Source: Paraphysomonas bandaiensis (taxonomy: Eukaryota; Protista; Chrysophyceae). Taken from it: a DNA stretch of 64,000 nt. The stretch is taken from assembly GCA_965644295.1 (NCBI GenBank), contig CBFFRP010000281.1, positions 186,001 to 250,000 on the forward strand, given 5' to 3'. The first letter of the stretch is position 1. Each line of letters opens with the position of its first letter. The translations under genes were made by a program, and so were the position numbers. The notes below the pieces were generated by a model that saw only the letters and a list, made by a program, of their open reading frames with translations, was not told where the DNA came from and searched no databases. This document shows, piece after piece, positions 23,351-35,608 of the stretch.

Positions 23351-26300
23351 TCACGCTTCTCCTATTAAACGATCGTACTCGTGAAACAAGGTATCAGCAG
23401 AGGGCCTACAACTTATTAAAATGAACAAAAACATGTTCTATTCGTACCTTGACGATGGACCCGTTTGCCAGCACTTGTTTATTAGGCTGTGAAGCTTTGG
23501 AACTAGACAGTGGTCAAGCGATGGTCGAACCCCACGTATTATCTGTATCAACGCGTCAAATATTTCGAATTAGGAGTAAAATATATATGTACCATATCGG
23601 CACAAGCACTGAGATCTTGGCCACAGAGGGGATTTTCTTCCCGTCTATCATACGGTTGTAAAGTCTCCCATTGCAATATAGCCATAGAAAATATATCCGC
23701 TTTAAAATCATAGTTTCCAGGGTTCGAAACTTCTGGTGCAGTGTATCCTGAAGTTCCAACTGCTTCGTTAAGCATTCTTCCATTTGGTATTCTTACAGCA
23801 GTTCCAAAATCCGCAAGTTTGGCCTCATATCCACCAATTCCCGAGGTGAGAAGTACATTATGACACTTGATATCTCTGTGAGTGTACCGCTTAGTGTGCA
23901 TGAAGGCCAATGCCTTCACTATTCCATACAAGACATGTACACGCTGGGCGGTGGTTAAGGCAATCTGCGTAAACTAATCAGATATATCTATAAATATCAA
24001 ATGCACCAGAAAACCTGTTGGTTGTCTGGCGGAGTGGCTAGAATATCTGCGAGGTTAGTCTGCATTTTCTCAATAATCAATATCAGTCGTGGTTTCATGA
24101 CAACTCCATGTAGCATGACTATATTGGGATGTTGGAGTTGATGTAAAGCACGAATTTCCCTGAGTGCTTCAAGGATTGATTTCGACGGCGGCATAACATC
24201 ATACCTTTCTGTATATGGCACTGAATTTTGATTGGAGTTACTACTGACTCCATCTGTGTACAATGAGGGATCAGCATAGTCTAATTCATTAGGTTTGTCA
24301 TTTTTCCAATCTCCTGAGGTGAGTGGGTATGCGCGTTTGTACTCAAAAACTTTCAGAGCTGTATCAATCACCATGCTGCTCCCACTTCGGTTGTTCAGAT
24401 TGTTCCCAACTCGTTCCAAAGTACGCTTCAGATTCTCGCGAACAGTGAACACCTTAGTGTGAAGTTTAACATTCAACTGGGATGAATACACTGATGCAAA
24501 CTTCCCTCTACCAATTTCGGATACCACGTTTAAATCCTCAAAAGGTATTTCCAACTTACCCTTTCCCACAACCTTTTCAACCTCAGGCCACAGTCGAAGC
24601 TGCTCGGACTTTTCGTGTTCTTTTGCTGCCTCTTCTTCATCAGCTTTCTTCTTTTCAATTTCAGGATCCACCTCAACTTTTTTGAGTTTTTTCATTCCAT
24701 CCTTTAATCCAGCCAAAAAATTCGGCCGGCCTTGATGTAAAGCGTGTTCTGTGCGGTTAGAACCAGAAGTTTGACCACCAATGACAGCATCTACACCTAA
24801 GGAAGGTGCAACAGGTGCCGACGAAGGTGCCATATGCTGAGCAATAGTACGTCGCACAAGAGTTTTTCTCTCAGCATTAGGTGAGGAATCTACATAATTT
24901 TGTTCCTCAGGAGCCTCACTTGACAGGGCCCGACGTCTATTCAGTACCGCCGGTGAGGCTGACGACGATTCATTCTTCGGCACATACTCCACAGCCTTGT
25001 ATTCCATATCATCTTCCTCGTCTGCCGAACCTCCTTCACTATGAAAGGAACCGGACAATGCAAAACCCTTCATCGAAATTCTAGCCAAAAATCCCGTTAG
25101 TCTGATTTTTCGCTTCACTTTGTCCACATCAACAGTGGCCTTTTCTCGAATTAAGGTCTCAGGCACATGCCGTTCAAAGAGATCTCCGTACTGAATATCA
25201 TACGTTCCATCCAGGCGTAGGTTCACAATCGTGCCGGTCCACCAGTGCGCACGACCTTTGTATCTACACCACATGAACCATATATTACTATATTTATCCA
25301 GCTATCGATCTGAGCATGACAGGCGCATATCACTTACCGAGCCTCTACCATCATTCCCACCGCATACTTGTGATGCACTGGAGCATCATCAAATACGTCG
25401 CTTCCATCCTCCAGCTCGCTCACGCTACTCTCAACGGCTCCTTTCTTTGACTTCTGGGAACTGTGGCTTGCACGTCGCTGGGAATTCACACTTTGCCGTC
25501 TGGCTGCAGAAGATTCACTGAACCTCCTCGACTTATCGTTAACACTTTCCCAACGGGATCGCTGCGAACTCACGGACTGTCGGCGAGAAGCAGAGGCCGG
25601 CTGTTGATTACTCTGGCTTTTTTTGTTTATTGGCGGTTTCGCTTTACCGGATTTGCTTTCCTTCTTCTCAGCGACATTCTTTTTGGGGCTGGATGGGATA
25701 CACTTCTCAGGGACTTCACTTCGTTGATTTTCAACAGCGTCTCGAATGCCACCAACAAACAAGGAACGTCTGTACAGCTCTGGATGAGGAGAAGTGCGTC
25801 GAGGAGAGGGGTCTGGGGACTGGCGTGGGCTCAATTTTGGAGGAGGTCGAGGCCGGAGGTAATTCTTGTCGATGCTAAAATACTGTTACTAATCATCACT
25901 GAAAACATTAAACATACCTGGGAACAATGCGTCGCAATGACAATGTATCATTCTCAACTAACGTTGGTGAAACTGCACCACCATATCGCCGGCATTTTAT
26001 ACTCTGAATACATGTTGGAGATCCCTGCGATGGGTTTGATGCTGAATCCTTGGTTTCATCGTGTGCAGCAGCATTGGTGGTGGTCAACCCACGAGCACTT
26101 TTATTAGCCTTTACGAGAGCAGCTCTGCTCCACAAAATAAAATGAAATATCCTAAAGTCAAAGCAGCATACCGTATTTGTAACACAGCATTATCTTCTTC
26201 AGATAAATCGAGAACAAAACTGTCGTTCTTGGACTGTGTTGTCCCAGTCGCGTCTTTTTTACATCGCAGTGCGCTGTGTGGTCTCTTCGATGTAGCTGGT

Positions 26301-26536
26301 GTCGCTTTGACTGTCCTAACAGCACTTGCAGGACGCTTAGGTCCTAACAAAATGGCTTTATGTGCACTGGTAGTATCGATTCCCCGTGAGAGCGGTCTCA
26401 TATACTCTCTTCCATTGTTGCTGTCATTCGGCTTCTTGTATGGACAGGACCCACCATACCATTTCTGGTAATATTCGACTTTTTCAGTTTTTGTGGCATT
26501 CGTATCAATTTTATTAGGATATTGGGTCATTACCAT
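23351..26536 (-). CDS. TKL-type protein kinase with Tudor/Agenet-like domain and WH2-like motif, multi-exon
   Basis: Kinase motifs GRGKFASV, ALK, HRDIKCHN, DFG, GTSGYTAPE, DIFS and CWQ..PSSRP. Tudor-like YAVGMMVEAR|YKGRAHWWTGTI...YDIQY and WH2-like FLAGLKDGMKKLKKV. Confidence 0.85.
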
Positions 26537-27291
26537 AGTAGTTCCTAACTAAATATCTAACTATCTTATAGCACAACTGAACTGTTCAATTATTGCCACG
26601 ACATGTCCATCACAAGCACTTACACTAAGTCTTTTCACTATTCTCTATGATCTAAAGGACTTACACATTAAAAGAGAACTGTAAGTACAGTAATTTATAT
26701 GGTTTAGAGATATTGAGCTCATATCCCTCTGTGTGCGATGCTTCTATATGCATGATAGTCTCTTCTTACAGTTACCGATTTTACGTTACGTATTTAGTTT
26801 CTGTAACAGCTATAATATCGGGATATTTAGATTTTTTCCATCTATAATCTGTATTTTTCCAACCTCAGGCTATAAAAATGGCAAAAATTTAGTATTTCTT
26901 GAAAATCAGTATAAATATCCTTATTTTGTGACAATGAAGTTCATATTTTCAGTTTTCTAAATCTTCGTATGTGCCTATTCAAGATTTCTATTCTAGGGCC
27001 AAAGGGTATGCTGCTGGTCATGTCAGATATAAGAGTATTTGTTCGAGATGCTTTTTAGATTTCTGATATATATATATACCACTCGTATACATACTTTATA
27101 GTACCTATATCTCCATATATATCATATCTACAGTATATATCCCTATATATACTATACTGCTGTATGTACCATCTATCTATGCATATATATATATATTGTC
27201 ATTGCATAGTTCACACATCCATACCTACAGTATATATATATATATATAGAACTCGATTACTATAACAATTTTATTTTAATTATATTACAAG

Positions 27292-28270
27292 ATGTCTGGT
27301 GCATTACCCCCAGGATGGTTTGAATATAAAACAGAGACAGGAGATGTACTATACTATTCTCTTCTTATAGTAATACATTAACATTATTTTATTATATATA
27401 GCCTTATTATTATAATCAAAATACTCAAGAGACTACATGGGATAGACCAGCTCCACCTACACCAGCACCTGCACCACAAGCAGCAGGTAGATTTATATGA
27501 TTCTTATGAGAGGATTTCTAATCATGTTATTTTTTAGCTCCAGCAGCACGACCAAATCCATTTGGAGGTGGTGGTGGAGGAGGTCTTGGAGGCGGACTTC
27601 TGTCAGAAATACAGGTGCGCAGATTTATTTGCATTAATTAAATAGACTTTTAAGTTTTTGTAAAATTTCAGAGTGGAAAGAAGCTGAAAAAGGCCCAGAC
27701 TGTAGACAAGTCAGTTGTCAAAGGGGCTGGTGGTGTCGTGGATGGAGGTTCAAGTGGTGGAGGGGGTAGTTCAGGAGCAAGCAGTGGAGGAGGTGGTGGT
27801 GGTGGAGTTGCAGGACAACTGAGTGCTATGCTTGGCGGTGGAGGAGGAGGTGGAGCCCCGAAGGTGGGATAACCTATGTATTTATTGCTTTGCATTTGAG
27901 CAATATTTTTCCATAACGGTTTGGATTTTACAATACGTTGATTTCAATTAAAGCCCTTGTGTCAGTAACTCATTGCGTGGTGTATATAGGGAGGTGGGTT
28001 CGCAGAAATTATGCGGAAGAATAGAGAGGCGGCCGCTAAGAAGGAGGCCGCCGCAAAGGGTGGTAGTGCCCCAGCTGCTGCTGCCTCCAGCTCAGCCCCA
28101 GCAGCAGCCGCAGCACGAGCCTCATCTGGGAACTCTGCCGGTGGTGATACTGATGCAAGGTAGTACAAGGCCTTTATTTATTGTGGTGCAATTTTAACGT
28201 CTTTTTGTGTATCAGATTAGCGGCAATTGAGGAAAAGCTAGATCGAATTATTAGACACCTCAATTGCTGA
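27292..28270 (+). CDS. WW + WH2 domain, Gly/Ala-rich protein with C-terminal coiled coil (WIP/verprolin-like); ~6 exons
   Basis: LPPGWFEYKTETGD|PYYYNQNTQETTWDRP (WW), GGLLSEIQ|SGKKLKKAQTVDKS (WH2), and RLAAIEEKLDRIIRHLNC*. Confidence 0.82.
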
Positions 28271-28625
28271 GTATTCCATCGTACTACTACACGGCATAAT
28301 GTATCGTTGACAGACTAGTAGCTGATGCACATATGTCAGGGTAAATGTCGTGCCTGGCGTGAATTGCTCTGTCAACCCAGTAGATTATCATTTCCTGTGA
28401 CTTGTGTTATTGGTTATTGTCTCGTTGTCGCGTTCTAGTCTTTTGGCAGATGTTTATAATGTTTGCTGGTTTTAAAGATCCCCACTAGATGTGGATAACG
28501 TACAAGTTAGTTATTTAGCTGGCTGAATATTAATTACTCTAATGGTGATATCATAGCTAATAATAAAATAATTGACTCCATCCAATTAACGATTCTCTAC
28601 AGCTACTTAGTGATGTGATATTGGC

Positions 28626-29256
28626 CAGGGCTGCGTAACAATTAATTAAATTGCAATTAATTGTAATTGCAATTAAATTGCATGGAACATACATAATAAT
28701 TGCAATTATAATTATGATGGCCATTAATTGCCCTTAATGGCTATTACAATAGTGGGAAGGTTGGCCTCTCATTATAACATTTTCTTTAAATTAAGAAAGG
28801 TACTGTTTTTACTGTATTATGTGTCTTTCCACTTGATTTTGAGCTACGAAACTTAGTTCAGCTCGATCCATAGTGTATATGTAATGCTCAATACCCCTCT
28901 AGTTGAAGATATATGTCTATATGCTATATGTAGTGTGGCAGTCATGTTCTTCCGATCCTGGACGCCTTAAAGGACACTGCAGGGTTGAAGTTCACTATGA
29001 ACTGGATGTGCAGTGGTATGGACATGGATTATTAGGGCTTTTTACTGTTTTTTGCAGACGAAAACCTGAGTTTTGACCATGTAAATATCATACTCTGTCA
29101 ATTATTTCATCATACGGTTGAAGATGCTATATGCTTGTTTGCAATGAGTAACTAAATTAATTAGACAATAATTGGCACAATTGAATTGCAATTATAATTG
29201 CGCGAGCTATAACTAATAATTGCAATTTAATTGCAATTAATTGTTACGCAGCCCTG
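28626..29256. mobile_element. hAT-type MITE
   Basis: TIR CAGGGCTGCGTAACAATTAATT, 8-bp TSD ATATTGGC/ATATTGGG, and AATTGC subterminal repeats. Confidence 0.9.
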
Positions 29257-29609
29257 ATATTGGGTAACTACGCAGCCATATACCAAGTGAAGAAACGATA
29301 CCGTAAGGACTCATCTCACTTCGTCGAATACTGCTCACCATCAACACAAATATACTTTATTGTAGTCTGCAGGGCTGAAATAATTGAAATTGCAATACTT
29401 GCATTAGGGACATCAAATTTTCATCATAAATTGCAATTAATACAGATAACCGATAGTAGGTATCACACTAAAACTAAGCTTACACAAGTTCTAGGGAATC
29501 ATAATTATTATTGAAAATAAAACGGAAGAGATCAAAAGGCTTCTGCAAAACGTATCTTAAAGATTCAGTTTAATATCATCACCACGATCCAACTACTTCA
29601 CATATAATA

Positions 29610-30821
29610 TCATACACATATAGACTTAACGCTTCCTGTAACTGAGTGTTCTCGACAGGCACCGCCTTTGTGCTTTCGTAAGGCCATATTACACAACACC
29701 TTGTTGTTCCTGTTGAGAACACTCTTAGATCCTGAGAAAGATAAAAACCTGCATACATCGTAAATCAATAAATCTTTCGCATTGCCCTGATAATGTATAG
29801 TGGCAAAATGAAGCGGCATGCTATCATACTGGATCGCAATCATGGGATCTACGTTTTCCGGTGCTCCCCCTCGTGGAAGAGAAGCTCCTATCGCCACTGG
29901 ATGCCCGATAGAATAATTGAAAGAAAAGTTGGACATTTCCGACCATCCGTGCATGTGGTCCATTACCGTCCGCTTAACAACATCTAACCCATTGCATATG
30001 CGTAGTGGCTGGGTTACATTAGGCATCGGGAGATGCTTCGATGCTATGAATGTATAATCTGAAAGGTTACGGAGAGTAGCCACATCTCCGGTATGGCGTA
30101 GCCACATGGCGAGGGATCGCCAAGGCCTGCCCACGCCCCATCCTGGAGCATCCCAGTGGGCTACCCACCAAAACCAAAGAACGCTCATATCAGATACACC
30201 CTTTACTCCAGTGTGCAAAGTATGCACAAAGGACCTGTACATGGCAACTGTGAAGTCTGTGAAATCCTTCAAGGCATCTAGTGTCCACAATGAGGAGTGG
30301 CCTGACGCACACCTATGGCTAACCATCCGTTGAGCCTCAATGCTTATTACCGCATCACAGTTACTTCTAAGGGAAAATAATTCTGCCGCGCTCATAAAAA
30401 GGATCGTGTCACCGTCACCATAAAATAATCGCTCAATTTTATTCCTCTCCATAAACTCCCTCAGAACGAACCAACGCTGTATACATGACAACTCATATCG
30501 TTTTCTTGCTACACTTTTATCCAGAGATTTATGTTTGTACAATGGAACAAATTTCTCTGCGCTATTCCAGTATGAATTGATATCCTTAAAAGTTGCATTG
30601 GGTAGCATATTCATATGGTGGGGTGCTTCTTCACATAATATATATACATGATTATGTCTAGAAGCTAATTCGATACTCAGCATAACATATGGTGGTAACC
30701 GTTTTCCTGTGAAAATATACACAACAGGGATATTATGATCATCTGATGGAAGAATGAGATCTCCATTAATAGTCCCAACTAAACTAAACAATATTAACAC
30801 TAGTGTTAAGAGTAATCTCAT
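29610..30821 (-). CDS. Secreted or membrane-anchored GT-A-like glycosyltransferase, intronless
   Basis: N-terminal hydrophobic segment, LPPYV, CIQRWFVLREFM, YGDGD (DxD), SDMSVL and IHYQGNAK. Confidence 0.7.
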   Translation of the reverse strand: MRLLLTLVLILFSLVGTINGDLILPSDDHNIPVVYIFTGKRLPPYVMLSIELASRHNHVYILCEEAPHHMNMLPNATFKDINSYWNSAEKFVPLYKHKSLDKSVARKRYELSCIQRWFVLREFMERNKIERLFYGDGDTILFMSAAELFSLRSNCDAVISIEAQRMVSHRCASGHSSLWTLDALKDFTDFTVAMYRSFVHTLHTGVKGVSDMSVLWFWWVAHWDAPGWGVGRPWRSLAMWLRHTGDVATLRNLSDYTFIASKHLPMPNVTQPLRICNGLDVVKRTVMDHMHGWSEMSNFSFNYSIGHPVAIGASLPRGGAPENVDPMIAIQYDSMPLHFATIHYQGNAKDLLIYDVCRFLSFSGSKSVLNRNNKVLCNMALRKHKGGACREHSVTGSVKSICV

Positions 30822-31817
30822 ATTGAAACATAATATAAGTAATCTTAATGTTTTATTGAACTAAAGTAATGTGTGAACTATCCATAAGATAAGAGAATCA
30901 ACTCCATGATGACGATATAGATGCTAGTAAGAATATTAATGATGCATGACGCAATCACAACAGTCATATATATGGTGCATATGCTTCGTATATACAGTAC
31001 TGCTGTATATATGGAAGGAACCACGAAATTTTCTAGATTTATATGAAGGAAATATCTACTACAACCAATAAACTCCTTATTTTTGTGTTGTCATAGAAAA
31101 CTGTTTATGGAAACTACTGTTTTTATGAAAGCAAAATATATGATTTTGCAGGCTGGCATGTAAAAAGCACCAATTATTTATTTTTTTGGCACTATAGTAT
31201 ATCTCACACAAGTGGTTGTGGTACGACCAGCAGTTTGAAGTATATACGAGTAGTACGAATACTAGTACTCTGTATATAGGGCACTAGAAATTCCTATGCC
31301 CATCTCCTAACCCCTCATTTTTAAAGAAAAAATCCCTGTTTTCCCCAGTAAGGGAGGTAAAAAAGGCATGTCCTTATAAAAAAATGGGGGGGAGTGTGTG
31401 TACTTCAATCCCCTTGTAGTATTATACACCCATAGAGTCCCTTAACGACTATACCATACTGGGAATTCCAACCCATTCGTCTAACCATTCCATTCATATG
31501 CCCATTCAAGAGAATCTATTTATGACGATAATGAAATTATTTAACTTAACTAGGGATCCCATAGGGATCAATGGGTATAATGAAAGTCCCTTTCGAATAT
31601 ATATATATATAAATACGATAGTAATGATCTTAAAGCTTATGATCCATAGAATTATAAGGGAAATTATTATAAAGACTATTTTATAATATGAATACGAATA
31701 TACTAATATAAGAATAGAAACAAGAAATATTATGAGATTGTAATACATACATATATATATATATATATAATCCATCTATTGAGTTGAAAGATTCTTATTG
31801 TGTGATAGATCTTATAT

Positions 31818-33233
31818 ATGAAACGTCGTATTCAAATTTCTTTATTTGATCTCCCAGTGGATGTAATGCGCTTTGGGGTACTAACTCACCTTAGTCTATG
31901 TGAAATGGCGAAATTAGATATGGCGGTACTCAATCATTCGAGTCTTCTCCGTTTGTTCCTACATGAAATATTTGACGGTATGTCCCTTAGCTTTGCTCAG
32001 TATAGGGAAGTGATGCAGTATGCGGATGATAGTTCCTTTACGCATTTATTTTTCAGCGAAGTCAGTTGCTTGAAGCGATTCAACCCTCACATGGTGCGGT
32101 GGCTTGTGCAGCGAGGTTTCTGGGTCCCTGCACTGCGAGTCCATTATATGCATTCTGAACATGTGGTGGCATTGGGACCAGCATTTCCTGAATTGGAGTG
32201 TCTTGACCTTTCTTCTCTTTCAACTGTCCGCAACCGTGCTTATGACGTTTTCCGTTATCTTCCCTGCCTAAAGTTTGTTTCCCTGCCAATGTGTAATGTC
32301 GCTGTGGGTTTGGTTGAAATTGCGACGTGGTGTCCTCGATTGCGTGTTTTGTCAACCCCGGACTCATTGGCTTTACACAGCATCACAAGTCAATGCAAGG
32401 AACTTGAGGTTCTCCGCATCAGAGGAGGTAGCGTCGGCACTGTGTTCTCCCACTGCCCGAGCCTCATTCATCTCCAGTTTGATTTCCTCTTTTATCCCTC
32501 CTATCCTCGCCCCACCGCTTTGGATACGAAGTTTCCGAACCTCGTATCGTTGAGCATATGTCGGGACCATTCTTTTAGCAATGAATTTGTTACTGAACTG
32601 GTGCTTCCGCGTCTGCAATGGCTCAATATATCCGACTGTGATGGGGTGTCTGATGAGGCTATTGCGACAGCCCTGAGAAATTGTACAAATCTCTGCCGTT
32701 TGGATATCATAAACTGTAAAAAGCGTGATCATTCTGCTTTTACAATACTCCTGACTGACTCTACGACTCAGCTAAATCGGCTGCAACTGTCATTTAGTAA
32801 TGTAAACGTTTCGGCATTTGGTGAAAAATTTAGGCATTTGTTGTATGTTGATCTCAGTTATCGCGTAGCGATGTGCGATTCCCAGGTAGAGCACCTGAGC
32901 CTCAACTGTCCGCATCTGACTCATGTCAACCTCGATGGCTGCACTTCTATTACAGAGAATTCTGTGATCGCTATTACGAAGAACTGCCGGTTGTTATTCT
33001 TTCTATCGTTATATTGCTGCCCCATGCTGCAATCCGGTATTTCTGTTGCCAATATTGTTGCGAAAAATTGCACTAAACTTAAGTTCTTTCGGTATACATT
33101 GTGGATAAAATCGGCCGATGATGACAAGAAGATGTACTCGATACTCCGGTCCTCGCTTCCAAATGTATTAGTTTTCCTTGTAACTGCGAAGATAGCACCT
33201 CCTATCGATGCGACATCCTGCATTGTGCCATAA
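31818..33233 (+). CDS. F-box-like / Cys-containing LRR protein, intronless
   Basis: N-terminal LFDLPVDV and repeated LxxLxLxxCxxITD-type LRRs. Confidence 0.85.
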   Translation: MKRRIQISLFDLPVDVMRFGVLTHLSLCEMAKLDMAVLNHSSLLRLFLHEIFDGMSLSFAQYREVMQYADDSSFTHLFFSEVSCLKRFNPHMVRWLVQRGFWVPALRVHYMHSEHVVALGPAFPELECLDLSSLSTVRNRAYDVFRYLPCLKFVSLPMCNVAVGLVEIATWCPRLRVLSTPDSLALHSITSQCKELEVLRIRGGSVGTVFSHCPSLIHLQFDFLFYPSYPRPTALDTKFPNLVSLSICRDHSFSNEFVTELVLPRLQWLNISDCDGVSDEAIATALRNCTNLCRLDIINCKKRDHSAFTILLTDSTTQLNRLQLSFSNVNVSAFGEKFRHLLYVDLSYRVAMCDSQVEHLSLNCPHLTHVNLDGCTSITENSVIAITKNCRLLFFLSLYCCPMLQSGISVANIVAKNCTKLKFFRYTLWIKSADDDKKMYSILRSSLPNVLVFLVTAKIAPPIDATSCIVP

Positions 33234-34463
33234 ATTTCACGGTATATATTTGAATTTTCTACGTTATTATTTTGCGGTTCATCTTGGTATAGACGGTTAG
33301 ATGTTGCTAATAATAGTCAAAGCCTTATGAATTAGATATGATATGTATTTTTATATAGACATAATTCAATCAGTTCTCACTTGATGAGTAGATCTTATAA
33401 ACTCTTATTGTGTAGGTACATCGTTATTCTATCGCAATAGCTATAGACGTAACGTTACAGCTTCATGTATCAGAAGTTATTATAACGTGTAGTTGTACAC
33501 GGTATCATATGAAGTGTCGCATAGTTTTATTGTCCTATTTAAGTGAATATACTGGTTACAGTAAAGTGTAAAATAATAGTAATAATATGCAAATCTAAAG
33601 AGGATGCTTAATTGTGAAAAATCGTATAAAAATATCAGAGCACATAATTCACCAACACTGTTCATGTGAGTTTTACCTACTAAAAACCAATTGGCTTCTT
33701 TTAGAAACCACTTGATGGAAACCACACCAACTCCTCGAACAATACCTCGCAAGATCAGAGACGCTGATTGTAGATTGCAGAATGAGATCGTGTCTATCTA
33801 AGGTCATAACATGTACTACTAAATAATTTTAGTTATAAAGAGTGGACATCACTATTATAATTAAATTTAATAGTATCGAAAATGGGACCGAGAGAAGGAA
33901 GTTATGAGTTATGGTTAGTGAGGAATAACGTAAATCATCTGGGAAGGAGATACAGTTAGACGAACTGGCAATGCCCCACCAGTGTAGCAGTTCCAAACAA
34001 TTATAGAGTTAGGCAAATGAGTATTAGCGATAAGAAAAGCTGCGAATCCGACGTTCTTGAGGGCCACGAATGTATAAATTATATAATATGGATATGCCAC
34101 ATATTTTTTCTCTGATTAATCTGAACAGATCACCACAGACATATTTATTTCAATTCACTATAATAACACCGAATCCCGATCTGAAGCACCCCTAAACCTC
34201 AAATTCGATAAGGTGTCACACTCCCACATATAATATCAATCTGACTGAAGAAATGGTTACACGCCTTTGAACTACAGGTTGAGTACTAATAACCAACGAT
34301 CACAAGAAAGAGAGGGTTAGCTGCATTAAGTCGAGGTAATACCAAAACCTGGTGACATTTTTGGTGATGGTCGGAAAAGGGTATAACTATGCACAATAAG
34401 TAACTATGAAGTTAATAACAGTGTACTTCATTCATATGTTTAGTGTGCGGTTAACTATAAGAT

Positions 34464-35282
34464 CAGGGCTGCGTATCAATTAATTGTCAATTAATTGACG
34501 CAGGGTGTAGTCAATTATAATTGCAATTATTACAAGTGTGTCATGCTGCGGTAACGAGTTTGCTGGGTACGACTTGCTTGCTTCCGCTGCCTGCTACCAT
34601 TAATCAAACGTTGCATTGCGTCGTCATTCGGAAATAGACTCTTCTTCTTCCTCATTTTATTTTGATCTTTTTCCGTCCGAGTTACGGCTTCGTTGCCACC
34701 TTGAATCTTCACGACTGCCTTTTCAAAAGCAGCGTTATAAATAATAGCAGCACTGTCGCCCAGATGACGGGTGCCTTAAGATGAGTACGTCAAACAATGG
34801 AGGTCAAGCTGGTGTTAATCTTACTTCTGTAATTGTAAGGACACTAGTTAAAACAGTTCCTATTCCTCCCGTATTGCACGAGCTTGACATGCTCCTTTTC
34901 ACTTGGGATTAGATTTAACACGCCGGAACTAAACTCGAATGATCGCACATGATTAGATAGAAGCGAGTAGCGGCCAATTATGGAAAATGTGGGGCGCAGC
35001 CTCTTCGTTATTATCATTTACTTTCTCAAATAACACTCGTGCAATGACTTCTGGTGCCAGTTTGTCGATCATATCGCTAATCAAGTTATGTGAGATAATC
35101 CTATGGATATTATAGTCTTTCACCAATCCTCGATTTTTTCAATAAAAATGCCGTTTTTAAAAACTTTTTAGCATAAAAAGAAAGTGGGGTTTTTTATATC
35201 AACTAATTGAAGCGAGCTGGAGGCAATTATAATTGCAATTATGATTTAATGTCCCAATTTCAAAAATTCATACGCAGCCCTG
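34464..35282. mobile_element. Internally deleted hAT-family element (CAGGGCTGCGTA TIRs) with a decayed ORF fragment
   Basis: TIRs at 34464 and 35282; TSD not clearly preserved. The minus strand reads RHLGDSAAIIYNAAFEKAVVKIQGGNEA. Confidence 0.75.
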
Positions 35283-35608
35283 GTTAGGACTAACCACTGT
35301 ATTTTCGTCTGGCATATTGCATACTATTCATGTGAGTTATGCTAGTAGAGTTAAAATCAAAAGAAAGAGAAAATTTGGTAAATTTCCTTATGATTATGTA
35401 TATGACCTATAAATATTTACTATACTACGTGCCTTGAAGTTTTATTAGAGGAATTAAATCACATCTGAAAAGAAATAATATCCAGTTTCATCAGAACCCA
35501 GTCCACAAAGCCATATTTTACACCGTAAATAGCGCTTACAATCAACAAGGCGTAGAAAATCCTTTTATAAATAGCACCTTTTCTCTTCGATCAAGAGCTA
35601 TTCATCTT

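Noticed and set aside
33600-34320. Possible decayed coding relics here and at 11400-13000 and 43500-43900
   Set aside because: I could not read any recognisable motif in any frame.
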